Below, in pieces: positions 1 to 13,060 of a DNA stretch of 64,000 nucleotides. Origin of the DNA: Lama guanicoe (lineage: Eukaryota); assembly GCA_013239625.1 (NCBI GenBank), contig MU053594.1, forward strand, positions 2,670,127 through 2,734,126, written 5' to 3'. The number at the start of each line of letters is the position of its first letter. The first letter of the stretch is position 1. The notes beneath the pieces are model-generated. The model was not told where the DNA came from. It worked only from the letters and a program-made list of their open reading frames with translations, and made no database searches. A program made the position numbers and the translations under genes.

Positions 1-1834
1 TGAATTCTGAAACAACTCGAGTCTCTTGAAAACAGTTCTCTTCATTGAAAAGTTTTAATTTTTCTTTTGCAAAGCATTGGATCTTTTGTATCCATTGAAA
101 ACACAGGTAAGCCATTTCATGTCCTTCTCAGCAAATAGTTTTTGATTTTGTTGTCAATCGGAAATCCCTGGCTTCCCTTTCTTACAGTATAATGTCAATG
201 ACTACAAACACAAGTGGTTTTCAAGTTTAAGCTGAACTTTTTCAGGTCATTTTATCTTTAACTTTCAGCTCTCCTGCTTTGCCAATTACAGAAACTCTAG
301 GCTGACGTAGACGAACTAGAAAGATGGCTTGATTTTTTTTAAATTTGCCATGGCATTGAGTCAACATACCATCCTTCTGATTTTTGTTTTCAGCAGAAAG
401 ATGGTTTGCAGATGGCTGATAGGGAACTCCTGGCAGATATCATAAATGTGGTGACCTGAGAAATCAACGTTGACACGAGAAGGGCCTGATGATGGAAGGG
501 ACACTTCTATTTGTCCACATTGGTGTATCCAATAGAAATGGCCAGCTGGCCAGCAGTGTGGCAAGCAGAACATCATGTTAAGAGTAGTAAATATCAGACT
601 AGGAAGAAAGAATGGGAATATCTGGGATCCGTCTCCAGGAAACTTGGAATACATACAGGGAAGATGTCCAAGAAACTTGGAAGTGATGGCTTTTCCTTAT
701 AACTGGATATACAATTATGTGAGGATCAACATTTCCTGGTCTCTGGTACTGTTGGTTTGTTATAACTTCCTCACTAACCACAACTTTGTGTGCACCATCC
801 ATGCACCCAGAATCCCACAGTCTCACTGCTTTGGGATAATGTTTCACTGCCTTGGTTTGATATTTGGAGTCCTACACGGTTGAATCCCCATTAGCTAGTC
901 CAGCGTGAAAAACCGCTGGAATGCTGAGTGTGGAAGGATGAATAAAATTGCATTAGGCCAAGATGGTTAAGGAAGAAGAGACTCGAGGTGCAAGTCAGAG
1001 AAAGGCAAAAATGTGGAAGCTTAGCAGGGCAGGGTGTGTTTGGAGAATGGCAAGTTATACAGTGTGGCTGGAGCATAAGACGTGTGGAGGGGCTCAGGAA
1101 GGAGGAACTCTCAAAAGAGTCGTGTAACATAGGGTCTTGTGAGCCACACTAATGAGGGTGAGTTTCATTTCTGTAGCCGTTGGAGCAAACAGCAGAGGTT
1201 TGTGCAAGGAAAGGTGTTATAATCAATGCTAAGTTTTAAAAAGTGACTGAAATTGCCAGAAAGGGCCAGATAACTGCTCAAGTCGTCTCAAACACTAATT
1301 GCACAAAAACATTTTCCATTTGCTAGAAATTACAGAGATTTCCGAGTGGCCAAAGACATCATGGTAAAAATATTTAGACAACTGGCAAACTCCTCTTTCT
1401 CTATATGTTATTTCCAAAGGAGATAATCTTTAATCTTCTCTTCCATCCAAATTATTCCCTGTCTTGAGAAAAAAATGCCAAAAATGTTTGGGAAAATGTA
1501 CTCCACCCACGTTTTTTTGGATGGGCTGGTTTCTTAGTTCCTACGTGAGCCAAATTTTAATCCACAGGAATTTTCTTAGAAAAGAGATACTGCCAAAATG
1601 TTCTTCCAATATAATTCTGGTGGGAATCTTCGGTAGGTGAATGTAAGTTATAGTCATAGAATGTAAGAAAAGAAGAACATTTATCATGCTCAATTCTAAA
1701 TACTACAAATGTATTAGGAAGTACCTGGGACTTCACAGCTAGTCAATAAAGCATGAGGATTTCAGAGTTTACATAATCTAGATTTCCATATTCCTTCAGT
1801 TGCTTCTTTATAGATGGAGATTCTTTAAGAACAT

Positions 1835-2880
1835 TGTGCAAATATTTTTGAGCATGGTGTGAGGCTACTGCAGATATGCTGATCAACACAGACAGTCCCT
1901 GCCCTCATGGAGCTTACATCTAAGATAAAGATACAAAAAGATAAATAAACATTTATAATAATCCAATATGAGAATAATTATAGTGTGACAGTGGTTTGAT
2001 GGAGGAAGCACAGGTGGGATGAGACCATGCAGAGTAAATGTGGAAAGCAAGAAACACATCCTTGAAGACATTACAACTAAGTTGACATCTAAAGCATAAG
2101 CAGGACTTAGCCCAACAAAACGACTGGCCAGGGAGCGGGAAGAGTGAGCAGAGTTCTAAGCAAAGATCCAGCATCAAGAGAAATAATTGCATTCGGGGAA
2201 CCAGGTAGTTCACTCTGGCTGAAATTTCTATACACAATGTGTGCAGAGAGAAGGAGGTTGGGAGATGGGGAGCAGATGAGAAGGTGGGGTACTTACAGGC
2301 GAAGCTGGAGAGTAGGAAGGGGCCAGATCCTACCAAGTCATGTAATACTCAGAGCAGAACTTGGGATTATCCTGAAGGCATTGGAAAGTCACCAACTGCT
2401 TTTCAGCAGAGGAGTGATCATACTCATATTTGAATCTCAGGAAGATTCCTCTGATTGTAGAGGGGAGAATGGATTGGTGGATGTGGGCAGGTTGGAGGCA
2501 GGAAGCCCAGTGGAGGAGGATGAGATAATCATCAGAAGTGATGGAAGCCTCAACAAGGAGAGTGAAAACGGCAACCGAAAGGCGGGAATGGATTTAGGAG
2601 GAGTACAGACAAGACTCTGTCATCGTTCAGGGGGAGGGAGAATGGGTGGCAGGATGATGCCCAGATTTCTGGCTGGGCTAGTGAGGACTGGCTATTTACT
2701 GAGAGAGGGCACCGAGATAGAGAGAGGGAGGAGATGAAGGGATGAAGACGAGGAGTTCAGTTTTGTTCCTGTTGAGCTTTGTGTGTCTGATGGACATTCA
2801 AACAGAAAATCGAATGGTACCTGGGTGTATGGATCTGGAGCTCCGATTGAGATTTGAGAGACACTGGCCTATGGATGGTC
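1835..2880 (-). mobile_element. L2 LINE remnant (3' portion, antisense)
   Basis: Starts with the reverse complement of the L2 3' end (…ACAGACAGTCCCTGCCCTCATGGAGCTTACATCTA…), followed by purine-rich degenerate L2 sequence (…GAGTTCAGTTTTG…GGACATTCAA…GGATCTGGAGCTC). Boundaries approximate. Confidence 0.75.
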
Positions 2881-4487
2881 ATGAGAGGCAATGCATGTAA
2901 AGAATGCTTAAGTCTTTTTAGTTGAAGAACTTCTAAGTATCCTTGGATACTACTTAAAATGGGGCCTCATTTCTCAATCCTGTTTGCCACAACCCTGTAA
3001 GGTACCAAAGTCCGTTCCACCCCGTATCTGGGAACCTAAGAGTATTCACATCTTTCATCATACATAGAATCCTCTGTCTCTTCTCAAAGAAATCACAGAT
3101 TTTGCATCAAGTACTTTAATACCCTTAGAGCTTACCTTGATTCTATCATTTTTCCTCTTTAGTTCTGATCTGAAAAAAAAAAGCTGTACAAATTTCATGA
3201 TATTAAGGCTTGAATATTGAGGAGAATCCAAAAAGAGCAAAATCAGGTCATTTGGTTTCAGGCAAAATAACTGAGTTATGTTTGAAGGGGAATTATTTGG
3301 GTCATCTGATATTTAATTTAAACTGTATGCTTTCTACCCTCCTTTTAATTAATTCATATTTTAGCCTGCCCTGACACGGTCAAAACTTATTTAGGATCTC
3401 CTGTTCCCAAAGATCAAATTGCTTTTCTAAAGTACATTTGGATTCTAAAACTTGGCATCGCTGAGCTTCTGGTGTCAGTACAAAGAGCACATACATATTC
3501 CAACAATCTGCGGATTGTTGTTAGTGAGAAGCATCCGTCCCTGGCCTTTGAGAGGAAGGGCACAGCACTTTTCTGCTTTGGGGGAAGTGACGGAGCTATT
3601 ATTACTTTCTAGACATCCCTGGCTTGTCCATTCAGAGCGGCACAAGTCAGGCTCTGTGGCCATTCAAAGGAGGAGGCTGTGAAAACGGGTCCCCTGGTGA
3701 CACTTTGACTGCCAGCCTTTCCCTCGCATCTACCCTGCAGCAGAAGGTTCCCAGCACCCGGGTTTGTTCATCTTGACCTCTCCGATCACCATGGAAACGC
3801 CGCACTGCCAAGGGAACTTCCTCTGTGATTATCATTCAGACAATAAAAGAATGGAATAGAAAATAGAATAGGAAAAACACCGGAAAATTTCATCGCCCAT
3901 TTCATCTTGCCATTCAGCCTTTTTCTTTAGGACAAAGAACTTCCCAGCAATTTCTCTGAAATTTTGGTGTGGGGATAGGGAGTTGGGGGTGGGATGGGAA
4001 AAAAGAATCAGGCCAAGAACAGCTGCAGCCGCATAGCATGTTGTCAGACTTCTACCCTGTGGAGTGCTGGTGTCTGAGGAGTTAAGGTTTACCTGCGGTA
4101 TATCAGAATATTTGGAATAATCATGATATCCTTAGTTCCACTTGACACTATTTGGATTTTCATCTGTAGGTTGTTAGCCAACTACCAACATTGTTATTTT
4201 TCCACCACCCTCTTGAATTAGAAGAAGAATTTGATGGCAATAAAAGAGGCTTGACTTTAATTTATTTATGGTAGGCTTGCTCACAGAGAGTTGGAAGGAA
4301 TCATAGAGGTCTAGTCCATGAACTCCTTGGAACTGTGGCCAAGTATATTGTATGTATGTGCATATCCCTTAAAAGGGGGACCATAGCTTTCTTAATACGT
4401 TTTAAGATTCCAAAAAGATTAAGAACTGACTTGGTCCCATATCTTCATTTAACAGGTCAGCAAAATGAAGCTCAAAGAGGGGGTAGC

Positions 4488-4568
4488 CTTCTCTTCCTCC
4501 CTCTCTTCCTTCTGCTCCTCCTCTGCCTCTCTTCTGTCCTTCTTCCTCCTCCCTCTTTTCCTCTTCCT
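4488..4568. repeat. CT-rich/(CTC)n low-complexity tract
   Basis: Near-pure pyrimidine run CTTCTCTTCCTCCCTCTCTTCCTTCTGCTCCTCC…. Confidence 0.85.
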
Positions 4569-5094
4569 AAAGTGACAAAGCCATATACTTTAAATTTGGT
4601 TTTGGTTCAAGTTAATGTTAAACGAGAGTGGAGGACTTCCACAGGAGAGGTACGAGGAAGACAAGAACAGGGATGAAGATGGAAGTGTACTGGACTCCCA
4701 AGAAAAATTATCAAGTGGGCAAGTTATTTCAGAAGCACGCTAGGGTTTGGCCATCAGCAAACCTAGCAATCAGGGTCTGGTGTGCTCGCAATACACGTGA
4801 AAACTAGCTGCCTCGGTGGTTGAGGCTTCCCTCAGCCTCTGGGACGGAGGAGCTCAGCAGCTTCTGAGGTCCAGAGCCCCCAGATTTACTCAGGAAAGAA
4901 CGAGACAGGAGACTTCTGAAAATTCTAGGAATTCCTGCTTGCATTTGACTTGCCCGCAGAAGGGTAGGTAAGATGTACTTCATTTATCTTGACGCAGTGA
5001 ATACAGTATGCTTTCACTTGTCGTTGTTTTATCATGTGCTGCTGTTTGTTCTAAACCTTGAAGTTCACTAGCCAGTAATGCAGAAAATATACCC

Positions 5095-5295
5095 CATGGG
5101 CTTTAAACTTAGACCCACATAAGTTTGGGTGGTGGCTCCAACTGCTGGCTTTGGGCAGGTCCCATAACCTCTTTTCCACTTGGTTTCCTCATGGGCAAAA
5201 TGGCAACCACAGTAATGCCCACATCAAGTGATGGCAACAAGAATTAAATCAACTGAAGTACACAATGTGTCTAATATGGGGTCTAGCACAGAGTG
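5095..5295 (+). mobile_element. MIR SINE remnant
   Basis: MIR core-like: TTTGGGCAGGTCCCATAACCTC…GGTTTCCTCAT…AAAATGG…AGAATTAAAT…TAGCACAGAG. Confidence 0.6.
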
Positions 5296-5598
5296 ATGGC
5301 TTTCTGCTGCCTCTCCCCCAGCTCCTGGCTCCTGGCTCTGTACTGACAATACAAAATGGTTGATACAGAATGCTGGAGGAAATTTGGGAGGCGATTTGCT
5401 CTGCACTTAAGTATTAGAAACAATATTCAAGCCTCATTTACTCTTTGCTTTCTGTTGAGCTTCTTGGGTGAATATGAACGAGCAAGAAAAGTGTTGTCAC
5501 TCTATCCTCAGTTAAAAAGGACTTTATGACTTTAGCCAATGCTGTCAGGCAGCATTTCCCGAGGTTTTCTGACTTACCAGCTCCTTTTATAGTAAGAT

Positions 5599-5705
5599 CT
5601 TGCAAGCCCTTTTGGGATTTTAACCATTATTTGATCATTTTTACATGGTATGGATTAAAAAGTTATTTTAAGTGAAAAAATAAACATTTTAGATCTATGC
5701 AATAA
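5599..5705 (+). repeat. Local direct repeat, copy 1 (~107 bp; copy 2 at 6828-6934)
   Basis: CTTGCAAGCCCTTTTGGGATTTTAACCATTATT…TCTATGC matches 6828-6934 with 4 substitutions by manual alignment. Confidence 0.95.
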
Positions 5706-6827
5706 ATTTTAACTTCGGTGCTGAGAATATGGGTATTCATTACATTATTATCTACTTTTTTGTATTCCTGAAATATTTCATTGTAAGAAAGTATTATTAC
5801 AATGTATTTAATCATCAAGTAATTATTTTAATTAGAACATTTCAACAATATTTTCATTTATCAAGTGATAAACACTGATGTCTTTTAACTTAATTCTGTA
5901 TAAAAAAGAATTACTACCGACAAATAATTTTGTGTGTGTGTGTATGTTTATGTCCATGAGGGACACAGGTGTAGTGTTCTTTTCTTGTGATGTATTGTTT
6001 GACTTTGCAAATAAATTTAATGTGATTTTTACATAATATGACTTTAGGGCCAAAAATATGTTAAAGTGGATTGGAGTCTAAGTCTAAGTTCTAGGATCAA
6101 TAATTGCTTTTGTAACTTGATGTTTGAAACTTTTCTTTTGAGCTTAAAAAATCAACAGATGAATATTTATATATATATGTACATATGTAATTTTTAGGCT
6201 TTGTTTCTAAATTATCAGATGAAGAAGGTTTAAGGCTTTGATATACAAGCACTTCTCCACAAATAGCACACTGTAGCCATGGATAAGCTTTATTCTCAAT
6301 AGATGAAAAGTCAAACTGTATGTAATCATGCCTATATTTTACATTTTAAACTTTGTTAAACTGCTGGAAACATTTGATGTGTGAAATGAGAACTCTGAAT
6401 GCTGTCTGTGGATCTAGTGGGAGCATCTGGAGGCAAATTGGCAGAATTATTCTCATTTTTATGTTTTCCTTAAACTTTCCATTTTTTAATAGCAGAATTC
6501 CTTACAAATTAAACAATGTATGACTAAGAGTGTAAAAACAATATGAAATGATATGAATATGGATCAAAAATATTGTGGCAGCTCTAGGGGTTCTATGTGG
6601 GATAAATGTTTGGGTGATCGAGTCACAAAGACTCTTGTCTCATGTCCACTAAGTCCTGAGTGCTCAGAGACCTGGCCATAGGAACCAGCAATGACATGAG
6701 CACAGCTCTCTTCGCCCCTCAGATACCATCACCAGCCCTTGATGTTATCAAGCCTCAAATGGGAAACTTTCTGTGTAATGATAATAACACAGACCAATAA
6801 AACAAACTAATTCGTTCTAAGGCATGA

Positions 6828-6934
6828 CTTGCAAGCCCTTTTGGGATTTTAACCATTATTTTATCGTTTTTACATGGTATGGATTAAAAAGTTATTTTAA
6901 GTGAAAAAATAAACATTTTACATCTATGCTATAA
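6828..6934 (+). repeat. Local direct repeat, copy 2
   Basis: Near-identical to 5599-5705, offset by 1229 bp. Confidence 0.95.
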
Positions 6935-7179
6935 GTTAGACTGGAATGCTTGGGGCCAATAGTACTAATCCAGCACAGGGAAGAGTAGGATTCTGCAGAC
7001 CCCTGACCACTCTGGCTTGTAGACTGTCAAGTTGATGAGCAAATCAATGATTTTGGTCACAAAATTGAGGGTTCCAGGAGTTAAGAATTAAGTGAGTAAT
7101 ATTTTCCACCATTCAGGCAGTTGCTATTGTAACAGATAACCCAGCAGTTGTTTCAAATCACTTCTGTTTTTCTTGAACC

Positions 7180-8215
7180 CCAGACCCATCAGCCTTCCTC
7201 TCAACAGATGGTTTCACCTTCAGCCTACTGAGATCCAAAGCTGGATAACATTCAGCCACTCTGAGTCTCTCTCCCTTAACTCCACCTGCACTCCACCCCC
7301 ACTCTCAGCTTGGGCTAAATCCTCAAACAATGGCCTTGATTTCCTCTCTTGCCCCACTGTGGATTCCATCCTTAAGTCTCTCCATCTCTTCTGGGTTTCA
7401 CTCTGAACCTATGACAAGCTATTTCTCCTCAATGTGAAGAAATTCTCTCCACTTTGTTTTTTACTCAAAGTATAGCTTGACCGTTTCTTTCCCTTCATTG
7501 TCAAACTTGGTGATTCCCGACTCATGCACCTTCCACATCCTCTCTGTCCATCCTTCCCTGACTGCTGCAACTTAGTTTCTGCCTCCAGTACTTCCCTGGA
7601 ATCATCAACAACTTCCTGAAGGTATCATCCAATGGCTTTTCTACATCAGCACCATTTGACATCATTAACCCAGCCTCCTTTGCCATCCTCTCTTCCCTGT
7701 GCTTCCCAATAGTCATTTCCTCTACTTTTCCTCCTACTTTTCTCTTGCCTCTTTCACTGGCTGTTTACCTTCACACCCTCACACCCTGAATGTAGGTCTT
7801 CAACTACAGTTTCCCTTTGGCCCTCTTCTCTCTTTTCTTCCTCAATACTCTCTTCCTCTCTCTCTCTGTCTTTGTCTCTGTCTCTCACTCTCAGTTCTCT
7901 GTCTCTCAGTGATCTCATCCACATCACAGCTATTGCCAAGCACAAGTTCCAGGCATGTAACTTCAAAATTGAGTTCTCCTCCTCTCGGTCAACCTTTATC
8001 ATTGGCTCAACAGATCCATGCCTGCCTTTCCTGCCTTTCTCTTGCCCTCAGCTCTGAAATTTCAGGATCGGTTTTGACCTTTTGGTGGTCACTTGCCATA
8101 TCGCAGTCCATTTCTAAAGACTGCTGATCCAACCTCTGCAATATTCTTCCCTTTTCTCCCTCTGCCAGTCAGTCCCTCTGCTGCTCACTCCTGTCCCCAG
8201 AGATCAAGATTTCAT
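7180..8215 (+). mobile_element. L2 LINE remnant (sense), interrupted by a younger L1 at 8221 and continuing ~8990-9350
   Basis: Pyrimidine-rich degenerate L2 ORF2-like sequence (…AATGGCTTTTCT…CAGCACCATTTGACA…CTCTCTTCCCT…). Confidence 0.6.
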
Positions 8216-8220
8216 TACCC

Positions 8221-8990
8221 TTTTTTTTTTAAGTATAGTTGATTTATAATGTAGTGTTAGTTTCAGGGGTACAGCATAGTGACTCAGTCTTTTTGCAGGT
8301 TATATTCTGTTATAAGTCACTACAAGATATTAGGTATAATTTCTTGTGCTATACAGTAAGTCCTTGTTGCTTAGCTATTTCATATATGGTAGTTTGTATG
8401 TTAATCCCCTGCTCCTAATTTGTCCCTTTCCCCCACTTTGGTAACTATAAATTTGCTTTGTATGTCTGTGAGTCTCTTTCCATTCTGTATACAGATTCAT
8501 TTGTAGTATTTTTTAGATTCCATATATAAGTGATTTCATACAGTATTTGTTTTTCTAAGTGACTTATTTCACTAAGCCTAATATTCTCTAGATCTACTCA
8601 TGTTGCTGAAAATTGTAATATTTCATTCATTTTATGGCTGAGGAATATTCCATTGGATATGTATACCACATATTCTCAAGCCAATCATCTGTTGATGGGC
8701 ACTTGAGCTGCTTCCATGTCTTGGCTATTGTAAATAGTGCTTCCGTGAACATTGAGGTGCTTGTATCTTTTTGAATTAGAGTTTTTATTTTTTCTGGGCA
8801 TATACCCATGAGTGGAATTGCTGAATCATATGTTAGCTCTGTTTTTAGTGTTTGAAGGGATCTCCATACAGTTTTCCACAGTAGCTGCACCGATTTACAT
8901 TATCACCAAGCGTGTATGTGGGTTCCCTTTTCCCCATACCCTCTCTAGCGTTTGTTATTTGGAGACTTTTTGATAATAGCCATTCTGACC
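8221..8990 (-). mobile_element. 5'-truncated L1 (ORF2 C-terminus + 3' UTR + poly(A))
   Basis: Poly(T) at 8221, then antisense L1 3' UTR. ORF 8627-8890 ([27 protein letters not shown]…EYSSAIK) is the L1 ORF2 C-terminal region. Confidence 0.93.
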
Positions 8991-10769
8991 TTTTAATTGA
9001 CTGATTGAATTCATTCCTCACCTTGTTCCTTCATAGCCCTGCCTCAAACTAACTTTCTGGCATTATATACCTATTAATCTTATTAAAACAGCTACTCTAA
9101 TTTTTTTTAAAAGCCTGATTTTAACCTTCCTAAAACCCTCCCTTGCTTTTCCTCTTTACACTTTTGCCAGTGTTGTTTCCTACCTGGAGTCCTCTCCTCC
9201 TCCTTTAGGAAACCTTACTCATCCCATATTAAATGTTAATTCCTTCTTAATGCTTGTCCTGGTTCCTTCTTTGAAATGCCAGCCCTTCCTCCATTAAGCC
9301 TCTCCTTGCTTTGTCCTTACCTCACTCATGGACCTTATACTCCACCTCAGAATGCAATCAAAGGTAAAACTTGCATATGTTTTCCAGGATAATTCTGCTT
9401 TCAGTTATTTTGTTCTTGAGACCTTTTGATCTAGATGCAATATGTCAGCACCCAACCAACATCTTCCAGGCTGACTTTTTTTTTTTATAATTGACGTCTG
9501 TTAAGAGTGTCCACAGATACTCCTTTCCTACTGGTAATAGCACCTCTCTCTTAGGGTGGGAACCGTCTCTGCCTTATTTCATGCATTTTTGAGGAAGGAG
9601 TTGTCAAAGTGGCTCTCCCAGCCAAGAAGTAAGCACATTAGAATGTCTATTCTAGTATAACTGGAATCTCATACAAAGTAACATGAGGAAAGCAAACATG
9701 TATGTGCTATTTAGGTAGCATATGTCTAAATTTGGGGTCACTAAATTTTTTTTTCTGTGTACTGGACTTACGTCTCTCCTATTCTAGGATCTTGGCGTGG
9801 GAGAGATTTTATTCATCTTGTTATCTCCAGTGGCATCTAGGTCAAGCTTGGAATGAGGTAGACATTCCATAAGTGATAGGAATTAAAAGGATTTGAATGA
9901 CTTTCCACTGAGTAGTAGATCAGACAATAGATGTAGGGGAGGCAAAGTTATAAATCAGAGCATCAGTGATGATAAGTGATAATCTGGAACTGGGATGAAG
10001 GACTAGTGCTACAGATCTCAGGCATGGGGAACAGCAGGTACACTCAGGTACCAAGCAGGCATCTGACACAAGACCCCCACCCACAGGAACAGGGCAGAAG
10101 CCAGGGAATCTGACCCTCCTTCAATGCTGGCAGAGATAGCTTTTCCTAAGGGAGTGATTCTAACTGTCCACTGATCAGGCAATAGAGAAGCTGAAGTAAT
10201 AATGGGCTGTCTCACCTGACAGGTGGAGCACACTGACCTGAGGTCAGTGGCTGCTCAGAAGTCTAGTAGTTCATTAGTAAAAGTATGATACAGGGACCAA
10301 TATTAAGGTCTTGGGAGGGAGGTTGGTAAAAAGCAAGGCAAGGCTTTGACTGAAAGAGAAATGGAGAAGTGAAATTTACTATTAGCAAGACTAACAATGA
10401 TGAAATAACAATGATAAGACAATAGACAGCTGGTCAACCAGAGATGTGCCCCAGTTTCTGCCTGAAGTCTGATTTGCTCTAAGTGTGGGTGGGGCTGGAC
10501 CTGCAGGAGCCTCAGCTGTGGGCAAGAAAGTGAGGAGACAGAGGCTGGTAACAAGGCTGGGTCAAATGAGAACTTCTTTGTGGTAGTACTTGCTGCCTGA
10601 GGCCAATTGTTTTAACTGATGTGTGAATACATTTTGAACTTACTCTGTTTAGTCAGGGTGTTATTGACTTAATACCAACTGCTACTGCAATAAAAATTTC
10701 AGCTGAGGATAAAAGATTTCTAAGACCCAGGTAAATGGCATATGTACCTCAATTCATATTCTAAGCAAT

Positions 10770-11340
10770 CAAGCTTCATAACGTTTTTGTTGTATACATT
10801 TTGAGGCCATGTTGCTAAATGCATATGTCTATAATTACTGTATCTTTCTGGTAAATTGTTCCATTTATTATTAGGTCATCAATTTTCTTCATCTCTTATA
10901 GTTATTTTTGCCTTAGAATCTACTTTTTTCTGATGCCAATGTAGCAACGGTGGTTTCTTTTGATTCATGACTCTTTGGTGCAAATTATTCTGTTGTGCTT
11001 GCAGCCTGTGCCCTCATATTTTAAGCATGCTTCTTATAAACATAATGTACTTGATTTTTTAAAATTTCAAACTGACTTTCTTGTTTCAAGTATTTCTTTA
11101 CATTGACTGTGGTTACTGAGATATGTGGATGTATCTGTATCATCTTAATTTTGTGCTTATGTTCATCCTGCTTTGTTTATTTTTAGCCTGTTCTAATTTC
11201 ATTTGTCTTGATGAGCTTTTTTTCAGTTAGTTCTTTTTCTATATATTTTCAAGTTGCAAATTTTATTTACTTAAAAATTATCCTTAACTAAAAATCTTTA
11301 CCCTTTAGCCAGAAAAGTACAAAAACTTTAGAGATTTTAC
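10770..11340 (-). mobile_element. Ancient L1M fragment (ORF2 5' region, antisense)
   Basis: TTTTGTTGTATACATTTTGAGGCCATGTTGCTAAATGCATAT…TTTTTGCCTTAGAATCTACTTTTTTCTGATGCCAATGTAGC resembles antisense L1 EN region. Confidence 0.65.
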
Positions 11341-11354
11341 GTAGTATACTTATA

Positions 11355-11545
11355 TTAGGGTGCATGGATCTTTTCAAGTTAGAGTTTTCATCTTTTCTAG
11401 ATATATGCCCAAGAGTTGGAGTGCTGGATCATACGGTAGTTCTATTTTTAATATTTTTAAACAACCTCTGTACTATTTTCCATAGTGGCTCACCACCTTA
11501 CATTCACACCAACAATGTACGTGGGTTCTCTTTTCTCCACATTCT
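11355..11545 (-). mobile_element. L1 ORF2 3' fragment
   Basis: GGGTGCATGGATCTTTTCAAGTTAGAG…GCTGGATCATACGGTAGTTCTATTTTT…CATAGTGGCT…TTCTCCACA. Confidence 0.85.
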
Positions 11546-11589
11546 CTTCAGCAAGAATGCCAAGGGTTTCTGTTCTATAGAACTAAGTT

Positions 11590-11770
11590 TGGATTCCACG
11601 CTCCATTCCTTATTTATCACTTAGCTGTGTAGCCTTGGGAGTGAGACTTTTCAGCCTTGGTTTCCTCATTTGTAAAGGTAAATTATAGTACGAACACTGA
11701 GGATGTTAAGTTTAGAAATGAAATGTGTAAAGAAGCAATGCAGGCTTCATCACATAGAGAAACGAAGTAA
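11590..11770 (+). mobile_element. MIR SINE remnant
   Basis: TTAGCTGTGTAGCCTTGGG…GCCTTGGTTTCCTCATTTGTAAA… core motif. Confidence 0.65.
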
Positions 11771-12537
11771 AATTTGAGGTGATTTAATGCTCCCAAAGGA
11801 GCTTCCTTAAAGGAAGGCATCTGTGTTTCACTAAAAAGTTTTAAGACTATGATTTCTAGTCTGGGAAGCCATGGGCTTCAGAAGGGCTGATTGCCTGGTG
11901 GACTGGGAAGGGATCAAGGGCTCACGTGGGAAGGAAAAGCAGAAATGAGACATTCAGACAGTCTGAACATGCAATGAACAACTTATCAGATGTACAAAGA
12001 GTAAGGAATGTTTATGAAAAATAAGCCCCCACATCTCACTCACTCCTACCCCTGGATCAGAGCTCTTGCTTCTGAGTCAGAGCTGCATATCAGAGTTCAG
12101 AAGGATTATTACTCATCAGGGACACACACCACTATGAGACAGCAAAATTACCCTCGAGCTCTGTGGCATCTTGACCTTGTCTGGGTTAGAGGAATCTCAG
12201 CAAGACTCATTTGTGGTTTTAAGTAGTGACCAAATGAGCTAAAAGGCCCAAAGACCAAGCTTATGTCGCTCCAGCAGGAAGCTTTAGAACACTTGGTGAA
12301 CTTCTTGAGAAATGTGATAATCTTGTAAAATTGGATTGTCTGGTGACTAAATTCCTGAGACAAAGCAAACAAAGAGGGTATTTGGATATGCATATGGGAG
12401 GGGGTGGATTAAATATGATGATGGTGATGATAATGTCTTGAGAATCATAAGGAGACAGAATGCACTCAGGTTCTAGAAAAAGGTAGCCATATTCTTGCTC
12501 TGAATTTTGATACAGTCCTATACCCCCAAGAGAAAGC

Positions 12538-13060
12538 TAGTCCCCTGTGCTATACAGTTGGTCCTTGTTGTTTATCTATCTTGTATATAGTAATGTATAT
12601 CTGTTAATCCCAAACTCTTGATCTATCCCTTCCCCCTACAACCTTTCTCCCCTGGTAACACAGTTTGTTTTCTATGTCCGTGAGTCTATTTCTGGTTTGT
12701 AAATAAATTTTGTATCTTTTTTTTAAGATTCCACATATAAAAGAGATCATATGATATTTTTCTTTCTCTGTCTGACTTATTCCACCTAATTTGATAATCT
12801 CTAGGTCCATCCATGTTGCTACAAATGACAATATTTTATTCTTTTTTATGGCTGAGTAATACTCCATTGTGTGTATATATACCACATCTTCTTTATCCAT
12901 TCATCTGTTGATGGACATTTAGGTTGTTTCCATGTCTTGGTTATTGTAAATAGTGCTGCTATAAACATTGGGGTGCATGTATCTTTTTGAATTAGAGTTT
13001 TCTCCAGATATATGCCCAAGAGTGAAAATAGACTTACCATATGATCCATCAATCCCACTT
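12538..13060 (-). mobile_element. L1 3' fragment with short 5' inversion (13024-13060)
   Basis: Minus-strand ORFs give L1 ORF2 C-terminal peptides (QKDTCTPMFIAALFTITKTWKQPKCPSTDEWIKKMW; MEYYSAIKKN). The last ~37 bp read in L1 sense orientation (AAAATAGACTTACCATATGATCCATCAATCCCACT). Confidence 0.92.

Noticed and set aside
361..883. Several overlapping 60-100 aa ORFs at the window start
   Set aside because: No recognisable homology, no consistent frame, and candidate splice sites give early stops.
2144..2737. 197-aa ORF
   Set aside because: It lies on the antisense strand of a degenerate L2, where purine-rich sequence is stop-poor; no recognisable domain.
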